Position numbers and translations under genes: made by a program. This document shows, in pieces, positions 12,486 to 24,761 of a stretch of DNA of 64,000 nt (position 1 is its first letter; every line of letters starts with the position of its first letter). Source of the DNA: Lenisia limosa (taxonomy: Eukaryota > Protista > Breviatea); NCBI GenBank assembly GCA_001655205.1, contig LPNZ01005888.1:5635-69634 (forward strand), in the 5' to 3' direction. Under the pieces are notes generated by a model that saw only the letters and a program-made list of their open reading frames with translations, was not told the DNA's origin and made no database searches.

Positions 12486-15400
12486 ATGNNNNNNNNNNNN
12501 NNNNNNNNNNNNNNNNNNNNNNNNNNNNNNNNNNNNNNNNNNNNNNNNNNNNNNNNNNNNNNNNNGGTAGAGGAAGAAACTCATTCACTTAGGGGATTCG
12601 TCACCCCTGCACTCTGGTGTTGGAGTCAGCGTAAGGGATGACAACCAGGCTAAGATACCAGTCATCCTTGGCAAACTTGCTACTATTGTACCGCGTGTTA
12701 GGTTTGTTTTCCCATGTCACTTCTTATTGTCAGGTTTTTGTTTGCTGTCGTTGGGGTTTTAATTCTATGCACCCTTGCGGTAGACCCTCGAAGAACCTAT
12801 ATCTCAGAGAATGCTATTGGACATTCTCGTCCGAATTTTAATATTGGGTGAGCCAATATTTTGTTTTATTTTGATATGCTTCTTTTTGATTATCTATGAT
12901 ATATAAAAAAATTATGTCATCTGTTTCGAAATAAACCCGTACAGGGCAGCAACAACAAAGGACGTCTTGAAGAATGCATTGCAGTTCACCTCTTCGTTTG
13001 TTGTGGTTTTCTCAGTCACATATTAGTACAACAAGCTTTACAAGCTATGTCGAGCGCTTTTGGAAACATGCCGGCCTTCAGATAAACCACATGAATGCAA
13101 CTAACGAGTAAGAAGGGATCCTTGAATAATTATACCATTTCATATTACGTTGTAGATATCAAACCATTTCATCTGTACTCAAAGCAACAACTGGTGATGG
13201 TACCGAAAGTATTGCAATTGTGACTCCGTACCGCCCTCACCAGAATCGTTTGTTATAGCATTTCTCATAGTGCTTCATCCAACTTCAACTAATCTATTGT
13301 AGGTAGTTTATCAGCACTTTCTGCTGGAATGATGTCTGTTCTTCCAGCATTTTTTGACTCTTCAAAGTAAGGCCATTCATCACTAACATGCTCTTTAGAT
13401 GGCTGACAAAAGATATTTTGTTCATTGCCTATCCTCACTTCGACAACGAAAACCAAAGAGTTTTAAAAGTTGGTGGTTGAAATTGTCAACAGTAGAATCT
13501 ATTTGGGAAAGGATAAACTTTTTAATACTTTAGCCTGACTGGTTTGCTCTGACCGAATATTTGGATAGGTATAACTCTCAAGAAGGTTGGTGAAGTACGG
13601 TTTTTCTGCGGTCTGAAAAAGAGTAAATTTCTTGATAAGTCCTCAAGAAACTATGCTGTTTTATTAAGTGAAAATGTTATTGACAATGCAGACATGCTTC
13701 GAGCTGGAAGCATCCAAGCAGCACTGGTGTTGGACTTTCAAGATGCTTCATCATCAAATGTCGTTGCTTTATTACGTTTGTCTGGACTGTGTCTTGTTCT
13801 GTTTATTTTTAAGACGGCAGAAATGGAGCCCTCCCCAACTTGGACCTCTTGAACATGCTTAATAAATTATGTGACCGGGTTAGTCCTTTTATTTCTCTCA
13901 CTGAGTAGACACGGCCAAAGTTGCTGACAGATTTCCCCTTGTCGTTTGGGTAGGTTCTCTTTTGTTCTTATCTTCAAGTCCTCTCGAACCTCTTGTTGCC
14001 CTTCACCCCTTCATCCGGAAAGTTCTCCCAACAGTGCAATTCATGGTCGGAACTTCTCTCCCATTTGGTTCAGGTCCTCATGCCGAGTTTGTCAAGTAGG
14101 TAAAACAATTGTTTGTGTGGTTGAATTGCCATAGTAGCTAAATGGACTATTGGTTTCCGCTATGTGATACTTGTCTCTTGCAATATTTTAGCACTTTACT
14201 AAGATTCCACTAGTAAATGCTCAACCTTTATTTTTTACTAGATTAACACGGTGTAGCCTCCATATCGATGCTGTCACATTGACGTCTGTTCCTCAGAAGG
14301 ACAAATCCATTTCGTAAGTTTTCTTTATCATGTAATATTCCATTAATATTTCAGTTTATCTTCATTCACTTCAATCCTTGTGTAAGTGGTAACGTCCCAC
14401 TTGAAGCTTTCTGTTTTTGTTTTGAATGTACTCACCAACTCTTAGGGTCATTGAAAGGGCTACTCGTGGGTTGTCTCTTTTAAGTGAAAGACTGCATCAG
14501 TCTTTTTATTTCTATTTTGTTTGTTTGGGGGAGTGTTCTTCTCAATAACATTGAAGGTTCCCAATAGGTCGCATTATATCCCTATTGGAGACTTTCTCCC
14601 TGGCGTTGTTGCTGTTTGGGCTTCCGTTGCAGCTCAGGTTAGACCAGTCCAATTTGTGCTTACAGTTTAGATTATTACATACATGCTAACGTTGGAAGGG
14701 TCAATCATTCATGGTGTCACATGTGTCTTTTTCTGCACTGCTATCCAAGCAATCTTCCTATTGGTAGCAACTCTTCTCTATTCAATGAACCCAACCACAA
14801 TGGTTTGGTGTCCTTGATAACAGCTCACTTTCCAGACACTTTTACTTTCCTTGGCTGTGTTGTTTGTGAGTCCTTTTATGACAACACTCTCTACTTTCGG
14901 TGTTGTTAGCTGGACGGATAGTATTTTGGGCCGTTCGAACATTGGGTATCCAAAGGACTCAACTGATGGTATTTTGCGATTTGTAAGTCAATGAAGTGCT
15001 GTTTATGGCTCTTAGGTTTCTCTTCTTCAATTGGCAACAGTCTTACTTGGATGGTCATTCATTTCCCCTGCAGCAGCTTTCGTTATCTCACTTTGTACTG
15101 TCATTTTGCTCGTTGTTACTACCAAAAAATTTTCTGGACTTTCAAGATGGGTCCAAGGACTTTTCTTACTTTGTCTGTCTCCCCCTTTCCTTCTCGTGTT
15201 CTTGTCAAGCCTCAAGGCTGTACTCACATTGCCACCTTCGGGTGCTGATTTAGACGTCGTTATTGCAGCCATTTCGTCTGCACTGTTCGATGTTGTTCAC
15301 GGCTTGTTTGCAGGTTTGACAAGTATGAGGGATGGGATGAACAACTGTACTGTTTTTTTGGAGGAGGGGGGGAGGGGGGCTTTTCTCTCACATTACTTCT

Positions 15401-15491
15401 TTCACAAAGATTAGGTGGATGGATTCTTCCCTTTATTTTTATTGTTTCTTATGGTTGTACTTGGAGTATTTTTGCTCGTCAATGGTTGTAA
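12486..15491 (+). CDS. GPAA1: GPI transamidase subunit GAA1/GPAA1
   Basis: Motifs RTYISENA, ATTGDGTESI, WLTKDILF, NGALPNLDLLN and ERLHQSFYFY, with a multi-TM C-terminus ending ..WSIFARQWL-TAA (15489-15491). The start next to the gap is tentative. Confidence 0.9.
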
Positions 15492-15536
15492 ATGTAACTT
15501 TATTTATCTTTATTCAATTATTCATAGTTGAAGAGT

Positions 15537-16737
15537 TTAGTTGATCTTTGCCTTACACTCCTTTGCCATTGCATTGATAGCTTCGGGACTAAAGAGTAAC
15601 ACACTTAAAAAAAAGTATGTATGCTTTGTGACCCCCTCCGATTTCCAAACTCCCAAACTTACTCAGCTTTTTGGCTCTTCCAAGTGTAAGAGAATCCTTC
15701 TTTTTCAGCGTATCGGGGAATGATATGGAAGTGGACTAAAAAGTCATTCCGGTGTGAGCATGATATCATGATGATGAACACGTGGAGGAGTTATCTAAAA
15801 ATCAGATTAGTATAATATGTGACATTCAGTTCACAATGAGATTACGAAACCCCAAAAAAATGGAGGTGATCCAAATATTAACTGGGTAAATTGTCTTCTA
15901 TTTTACGGAAAATATCTGGGACCTATTATTGATGAAGCAAAATGGCACTGTCTATTATTCTACCAGAAAGCCTCAGTATGTAGTAATGGATAATTGGTTC
16001 AATGCCAAAACACTAACCATGAGGAACAACTTGACCAGCCAGTTCTCCATTATTTTGAACAATGTTGTACTGCTCAGTTCCAGCAGTTTCACATACAGCC
16101 TTGGCAATCTAATAGAATAAAACTGAAAGCGCAAAGGGAATAGTTTCATCATAGTTTTGTTAAAGGTAAACCTATGAATTTAATTACTCCCAATTTATTT
16201 CATTTAATCTATTGATTTGCAATGAAAAGGAGGACAAAGGCACTTACAGATGAGAGATACTGCCTCTCCAAAATATTGTCAATTAGGTCGAGTTAGGAAG
16301 GAAAGATAATCTCACATCTAGCCTACCTTTGGCATATTGCCCATTAGTCCCATAAGTTGTTCACTCTTCATATCACTACAAATATCATTGAGTAATTGAA
16401 AAAGAAAAAAAAACAAAACAAAATCCCACAGTTGAAAGATTGAAAGAACCCAAACCTGAGAGTCTTGACATGGTCAATGGGAATGACAAGAGCATGTCCC
16501 TTTGCAACCTGCTGTGTAAAAGGAAAACTGAGTGTTTTTGGATTTTGATCATAATGGGGAGAAAAATATGATAAAATTCATAGTTCTTACGGGGAAAATG
16601 TCAAAGAAGGCCATGCAGTACTCATCACGGTATATCTCAGAGGAGGGAATCTCTCTTTTGATGATCTATAGTTCGTAAATATACTATTTAATGTATAATT
16701 TAGTCATACCTTGCAGAATATGCAGTTATCAGCCATT
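15537..16737 (-). CDS. HINT: HIT-family (HINT/Hnt1-like) nucleotide hydrolase
   Basis: [55 protein letters not shown] (histidine triad after splicing). Confidence 0.92.
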
Positions 16738-16973
16738 GTGCGAATTGGGGAATAGAAAGGTTTGAGAAATTGGGGAATAGAAGGTAGAGAAACAGTTCTT
16801 CTAGCTAATGCAGATATCAGCATAAAAGGGAACGCGAACACGCGAACAAGGGGCGCTGAAAGGAGCAACCATCCAGTTTTTTTTCTAACGAATTGATAAA
16901 TTTCGATAAAATGATTCACAAAAACCCAGAAAGCTTTTCTCAACCCCTTTTTGTTCAATTATTAACAACAGAC

Positions 16974-19900
16974 ATGGTTGAACATACTTTTGAAGAAGGT
17001 TGGAATCATTTCAGTTTGCTTTTTTTTTACTCTTCAGTTCCGGAGAGAATTTCCTTCCCAAAGGAAGAGGAAAAGACCCTTTCATTCTGGGAAGAAAATG
17101 ATTGCTTCCAGACCTCTCTCAAAATGAGTGAAGGCAAGCCTGTGAGTTGGATTGGTGTTTAGCCTTTTTAAATCACCAAATAGTTAGCAGATTAAGAATA
17201 AAAACTATTTTGTTGATTTTGAAAGAGCCTTTTTACATTTTACCTCTTTATTCCATACACGGCTTCTAACCTGCCTTCCAGCGCTTCACTGTAAGCTTGG
17301 GTCTCTTTTTGGGGTATTTGAACGTTTTTCTTGACTGTTGGCCCAATGCCCCGTCCCTCACATGTAACATGTTTAGTTCTATGATGGACCCCCTTTCGCC
17401 ACTGGTCTTCCCCATTACGGTCACATCCTTGCTGGTACCATCAAGGTTTGCCAAGTGTTTTGGGACTCAGCCTCACAATTCAGGATATTGTCACCCGTTA
17501 TGCTCATGGAACTGGTCACTATGTTGAACGAAGGTGGGTTGGTTGGGAAGTTCTTAAGGACTGGGTCAAGACTTGGTTCTTCTATAAGGGCGCGCCCAGG
17601 TTCTTGGCAGCAAGTCAAAAATCCTTTTCCCTTATACGTTTCCTCAAAAATCCTTTTCCCTTTACGTTTCCTCTTTCTCCTTGAACAAGTTCTGACAACA
17701 GCAAGTCAAACAGTACTTCAAAGAATAATTAAAGCGCACCATAATCAGCTGAACAAGAAAAGAAGTTCTTACTGTTTAGATTCGGGTGGGATTGTCATGG
17801 ACTCCCAGTTGAGTATGAAATCGATAACATGTTGAACATTAAGGTTGGACCCTTTCAAATAGTCTGATTTTACTCATAAGACTCGTGATGACGTTCTTGA
17901 AATGGGTATTGACAAATACAACGGCAAGTGCCGCGAGATTGTTATGCGTTATTCCAAGGTAGGAGAGTGTTTGGAAAGGAATTTTTAACTCTGAAGGAGT
18001 GGGAAAAGACTGTCAAGAGAACTGGACGCTGGATTGACTTCGAGAACGACTATAAGACGCTTGACACCCCATACATGTGAGTTCTTGGCTAGGTTGAGCG
18101 TCACCATCCTTGTCTCATGATTTTAGGGAAAGTATCTGGTGGGTCTTCAAGCAGCTCTTTGATGACAAGGGTCTTGTGTACCGTGGCGTGAAGGTGAGAT
18201 ATCTTATGATTATCCATAACCCTTAGGTCATGCCCTACTCCACTGGATGTTCTACCACTTTGTCAAACTTCGAAGCCAACCAGAACTACAAGGACGTTAA
18301 TGACCCTGCCGTCATTGTTCATTTCCCCCTCGAAGGCTCCGATGCTTCACTCATCGCCTGGACCACCACCCCCTGGACCCTTCCCTCCAACCTTGCTCTC
18401 TGCGTCAACCCTTCTTTTGAGTACTGGAGGGTCGAGGATAAGGCCACTGGTTGGTTTGGTCATTCACTGTTTTTTTTTTGTTTTTGTTTTTCCTCCATTC
18501 GTTTATGTTCTAACCTCTAAGGCAACAAGTACATTCTCCTCCCCGCTCGCCTTAGCAGCCTTTACAAGAAGGAGGTTTGTGGCTCCTCAGATGAGATTTG
18601 GGCTTCAGTTTGCTGATTGTTTAGGAGGACTACACTGTTCTTGAAAAGGGAATCATTGGCTCCAGCCTTGCCGGCAAGACCTACACCCCTCTTTTCGACT
18701 TCTTCAAGGGTCATGAAGTAGGAGTGAAAGAAACATGCTTGATTTACTACCCAGGGATCTGAGAACTATTGGCGCGTCATTGCCGACACCTACGTCACCG
18801 ATGACTCGGGTACCGGTATTGTCCACTGGTGGGGGAGGCCCTTGTTTATCGTTACCCTATCGCTCTGTTGCACTTGAGGTAACATCATAGCGCCCCTGCT
18901 TTCGGAGAAGATGATTACCGCGTGTGCCTTGCCAACGGCATCATCTCAAAGTACCTCAGTATGAGGCGCTATACTATATCATATACATGTAGATAATGTA
19001 TAAACATTATTTACCTTCCAGACGTTCCTTGCCCTGTTGACTCATCTGGTAAATTCTCTGCTCCAGTCGCAGACTGGGAGGGTGTTTACGTCAAGGACGC
19101 TGACAAGCCCATCTGCAAGGCCCTCAAAACCGCTGGACGCCTTGTTCACCAGGGAACCATCAAGCATAGCTACCCATTCTGCTGGCGCTCCGAGACTCCT
19201 CTCATCTACAAAACTGTACCCTCTTGGTTTGTCCTTTTGCGTGTTTCACTTTGACCGCCCAGGTTTGTTGCTGTGGAGAAGATCAAGGAGCGTCTTGTTG
19301 CCAACAACAATGAGACTTATTGGGTGAGGGGTCTGTTGCCAGCTCTCCGCCAAAGGTTCATGAGGGTTCACTTCTTAGGTTCCTTCTTTCGTCAAAGAGA
19401 AGCGTTTTCACAATTGGCTTGTCGATGCTCGTGACTGGTGGGTGTAATAGTACATGATTGTCACTGCCTAGGGCTATCTCACGTTCTCGTTTCTGGGGTA
19501 CCCCCCTCCCATTGTGGGTGTCGGAGGATTTCGAGGAAGTTGTTTGTGTTGGATCAGTTGAGGAACTTGAGAAGTTGACCGGAGAGAAGGTCTGTAGAGC
19601 TCCTGGTTTTTATTATAATTATTTGTAACGTTTGGCATTTTCTTTTCTCCAAGCATTCTTCAGGCACTTGGCTGACCATTAAGGTGAACGACCTCCATCG
19701 CGACTTCATTGACCATCTCACTATTCCTTCACAAAAGGGCAAGGGTGTCCTTCGCCGTGTTGATGATGTTTGAGGGACAAACACTATTTAGTTCATTTTG
19801 ATTCAGTCCTAACTTGATAGGTCTTTGATTGCTGGTTTGAATCCGGTTCGATGCCCTATGCCCAGCAGCATTACCCCTTCGAGGTTTGTAACGCTGTTTT

Positions 19901-22198
19901 TGGATAGATTGACCACCCAGAACCAAGCCAAATTTGAGGATGGCTTCCCTGCTGACTTCATTGCCGAAGGTGGGACTAAGCCCTGAGCCATTATTTTGAT
20001 CCCGCTTTCACCTCTCAGGCCTTGACCAAACTCGTGGATGGTTTTACACCCTCATGGTTCTCTCTACAGCTCTCTTCGATAAACCTGCATTCAAGAACCT
20101 TGTTGTGAACGGACTTGGTAAGGACTATTTCCTTCTTTCACTGTATAGTTCTGGCCGAGGATGGAAAGAAGATGTCAAAGCGTCTCAAGAACTACCCCGA
20201 TCCCAACACTGTGATCAACTCCCATGGTGCTGATGCCCTTCGTCTCTACCTCATCAACTCACCTGTTGTGCGTGCTGAGAGTCTTCGCTTCAAGGAGGCT
20301 GGTGTCAAGGATGTTGTCAAGGATGTTTTCCTCCCCTGGTTTGTTGGGTCACAGCAAAGCCCATATTGACGTTCTAGGACCAATGCCTACCGCTTCTTCA
20401 TCCAAAACACGACGCGCTACGAGTCTGTTACTGGCAGCAAGTTTGTCCCTGATATGGTGCGTTCCTTCTCGTGCTTATTTTTAGGCTATTGCTGAAGCCT
20501 CTACCAACGCAATGGACAAGTGGATTCTCGCCTCTTGCCAGTCTCTCATTGAGTACGTCAGAACCGAGATGAAGGCGTACAGAGTACGCATTGGGCCGAA
20601 GATTTCCTGCACTGCCATGTTCACCTTGTAGCTTTACACAGTTATCCCCCGGCTCGTGGAGTTCATTGAAGAGCTGACCAACTGGTACGTTCGCTTGAAC
20701 CGCCCTCGTCTCAAGGCCAAGAACGGAGAAGATGACTGCCACTTCGCTCTTCAGAGCTTCTACGGTTCGGATTCTACCATAGTTTCAATCGCGCGCGTGT
20801 TTCTTCTCACACCCTAGGCGTACTCCTTGCCCTCTGCAAGTTGATGTCTCCTTTCACCCCCTTCCTTACCGAGTACATGTACACCAACCTCTCTCGTGCC
20901 CTCCCTGAGGGCCACCCCGACAAGGCTGAAAGGTACTATCTAGCTAAAGTTATCTTTCCCACCTTTTAGTGTTCACTACCTTGAGCTCCCCGAGACCCTC
21001 GTGTCTTCTGTTGACACCAACATCCTCAGACAAGTAAAGTTGGCAGGTTTTTTTTGTATCTTGTGGTGTTGTGTCCCTGAACCAGCTGACCCTCAGGAAC
21101 ATGCAGGACGTCATTGTAATGGGTCGCTCCATCCGTGAAAAGGTCAAGATCTTCAATAAGCAGGTGAGATGGCATGCCTTACTTCTTTCAAAGCCAAAAC
21201 GCTTGACGATTCAGCCACTCCGTGAAATCATCATCGTGCATCATGACGACACTTTCATTGCTGATGTTGAGAGCCTTGCTGGTTATATCACTTCGTAAGT
21301 CCAGCCTTATCATTTTTGGTTTGACAACTCAGTGAATTAACTGTTAAAACTATCACTGTCACTAAAGAAGAAGGCAAGTACGTTTCCCTCCAAGCTGTTC
21401 CCGATAACAGAGTAAGCACTAAGGCTTAACATTGCAATTACCCTTGCTGCAGTCAATGACTAACTTTTAGGCCCTTGGTCGCCGTCTTGGCAAGGCGTTC
21501 CGCAAGGTCGGCAAGGCAATCCGCGAGCTTACTCCTGAACTGGTAGGTCTCTGCAATTGGCTTTACCTTCGCTGGACTATGGATTATCGTTAACACACAG
21601 GTTTGCAAGCTTCGTGATGAGGGAAGCCTTGAGATTGAAGGTGAAAACGTGTCTCAGGATGAGGTTGAGCTTGTTCGTCAGTTCAATGGAGACGCCAAAA
21701 AATTCTCCTCTCTTACCCAAGGTCCCCTTCTTGTCATCCTCAATATTGAGAAGGTTTGTGCTTTGTTGCTTGATCACTCCTCATTGTGCACATAATGATT
21801 CTCTCTCACACATTCTTCAGGATGAGAAGCTCATGGAAGAGGCCACGGTTCGTGAGGTCATGAACCGCATCCAACGTCTGCGCAAGAAGGCCGAGGTCAA
21901 GCCGACCGACAGCATCAACATCTACTTCAAGGCTGACAAGGCTCTGACTGGTGTCATCACCCGCAACCTTGAGGAGATTGTCGCTACTATTGGCATGCCC
22001 GTTATTGACGACCAGAACACCAGAGATGGAAAGGTTTGTATCCTGTAGAATATATGGGATCTGATGTCTTCAGGACCATGAAGGCAAGGTATGAATGCTA
22101 AGATGATAGTTTTTTTCTTTCTCACTCCGTAGGACCACACGAGTGAGGAAACCGATGTTGATGGCGCGAAGTTGGCTCTCACTATCACCATGCTCTAA
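16974..22198 (+). CDS. IARS1: Cytosolic isoleucyl-tRNA synthetase, about 34 introns
   Basis: [16 protein letters not shown] (HIGH region), [42 protein letters not shown]. Stop is TAA at 22196-22198. Confidence 0.98.
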
Positions 22199-22577
22199 AC
22201 CCTGGTTCTATATTCATGCTTTTATATTGTCTCCCAGTTTGTTTGTCGGGAAACTGTTCACACGATCCATGGAAGATTGTTTTTGTTAAGGGAAGTCCGG
22301 TTCGGTCGGGGGCTTGGAAAAAAAAAAAAAAAAAAAAAANNNNNNNNNNNNNNNNNNNNNNNNNNNNNNNNNNNNNNNNNNNNNNNNNNNNNNNNNNNNN
22401 NNNNNNNNNNNNNTTTCACTTGGACAGTTTGACAGTCATCTCAGACAAATTAGTAAATTGTGATAGCAATATAAGTCCCAGCTCCAATCCAAACGTCCTT
22501 TCATTGACCAAAGTGTGATTGAAAAATAAGATATGTAGTCAAGCTGAGAAAGAGAAGAGAAGCCCAATTGGGGCAAT

Positions 22578-24248
22578 ATGGAGGACAAACTCGACGGAAG
22601 ACTCGTTCAAGATCGCTATGAAGTGAAGAGCCTCCTTGGAAACGGCTCCTTTGGTGTAATTCATGAAGGATTTGACAGAATTACTCGCCAGCCGGTTGCT
22701 TTAAAGTTTGAAAACTCATCAGGAAGGCATCTACAGCTTTCAAATGAACGAAATGTTTTCAAAAAGATGGATCAAACAGGTGAGTTCAACCTTCCCCTTG
22801 CTGTCCTCCTACCTAATTAGAATAGATGTTAATAAATGTGACAATTGTAGTGGGATTTCCAAAGATGGTAGCCTTTGACTCTCTCGGCAAGTATAATGTG
22901 CTTGTGATGACGAAACTCGGACCCTCGCTCGAGGACTTGTTCGATGGATGCAAACGAAAGTTCACCCTCAAGACTGTCTGTCAAATAGGCATCCAGATGG
23001 TAGGCTCATGGTTGGACGTTATTTCAGTATTCTATCAAACTTTTCTGCCATGGTTTGGATATCTGCTCCCAATAAGTAGACTTGATGGTTTCAAATCAAT
23101 AGCGTTGACATATTAGATGGAGAGACTACAGGCGATGCATGAGCAAGGAATTCTTCATCGAGATGTCAAGCCCGATAACTTCTTAGTCAACCTCCAAAAC
23201 CCTTCCCTAATCTACATCATTGACTTTGGTCTTGGTGAGAGGGTTATTCTTTCTTAATCTCTTTATATTTCTATTTTTATAGATGAAGCCTCGGCGAGTG
23301 TTAGTTTTGGGGTTATATTCTCCGTTATGCTTTCTCATTTTCAAAAAAACTAATTAGATAGTTTTTGTCGTCAGGTTTTTGTCTAGTTTTAGCGTTGGTT
23401 GGTCGTGTTTGTTATTGCTTGTTTTTGTTTTTGTTTGGTTCAAGTTTCAGACTATTCGGTTCGTGATTAGTATCTTTTGCAAATATTCTTCATCGAAATT
23501 TCCCTCGTATTACTCCCCNNNNNNNNNNNNNNNNNNNNNNNNNNNNNNNNNNNNNNNNNNNNNNNNNNNNNNNNNNNNNNNNNNNNNNNNNNNNNNNNNN
23601 NNNNNNNNNNNNNNNNNNTTCATGTCATCATCCGGACATATCCTCTACCGAGAAGATAAAAGTCTCACCGGCACTGCGCGTTACGCTTCAATTGCCACCC
23701 ATATCGGTCTTGGTGAGCAAATCAAATACTTTAGCTTCTTTTTTACCTCTCTATAATGCAGTGTCTATTGTCTTCTTTATTATCTGTGTTGTCACACTTT
23801 AAGAGCAATCACGAAGAGACGATCTTGAAGCCATGATATATGTCTTGCTGTACTTCTTGAGAGGCAGATTGCCTTGGCAGGTAAGGTTCTTGGAAAATGG
23901 TGTTCTAAGTCTCTCATATCAGTGCTTATTATTCATGTTTATAGGGTCTTCAAGCCAGTAATAAAGCAGAGAAGTACGAGAAGATCAAGAATTGCAAAGT
24001 GAGCTTGTACTTATCAATTAGTTACCTCACACATTTGCAGCTACTCATCATCTTAGATTCTGCACCAAACGAATTCCCTTTGTGCCGGGCAACCAATTCA
24101 GTTCACTCTCATGGTCGACTATATTAGGAGCTTGGAGTTCACAGAAACTCCAGATTACCGAAAATTGATCAATCTTTTCCAAGATATTGGTCATGATATG
24201 GGTTTTACTTTTAATGGGGTCATGGATTGGCAGTTAGTCCAAAACTAA
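22578..24248 (+). CDS. CK1: Casein kinase 1 family kinase (kinase domain with almost no tail)
   Basis: [64 protein letters not shown]. One intron contains an N gap. Confidence 0.95.
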
Positions 24249-24761
24249 TGTGGGCGTTGTGTTGTTCTTTTTCACTTTTCTTTCTTCCTACTTCGATTGT
24301 AATGTAGATGGTTCATGTATTCTATTTCTGATGAGCAGTGGGGCAGCAAGGAGGTGACAGTGGGGTGACACTGACTGAAGATCTAGTAGTTTGGTGCTGA
24401 TTTGGTGGAGCTTGGCGTTATGATTTTTCAAATCAACCTCAATTTTCGGGTTGCATCCACTCATTTTGGTTATTTAACTAGAATTTAACTAAAATAATTA
24501 ATGATGTCGGTAACAGTTGTCTTTTGGATAAGCTCAGTTCGAGTCACGGAAGAGGCATTTTTCTATTTGTTTCGCCTTTTGCGTTCTTTTGCGTACCTTC
24601 TAGTCTTGCAGCGTCTTGCGGCTTGCCATCGGATTTCAGTTTTTTTCAGAGTTTTAGATATAGACATTATTGAGACATTATTATAATAACGGGATAGGGA
24701 AAGGGGAGAGGTCTGGGAGAGGTACAAAAGAGATTGAGAAGAAGACAACAACCAACTATAA

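Noticed and set aside
24328-24379. TGATGA...CTGA box C/D-like pair downstream of CK1
   Set aside because: No purine before box C, no terminal stem, short span, and no recognisable rRNA guide.
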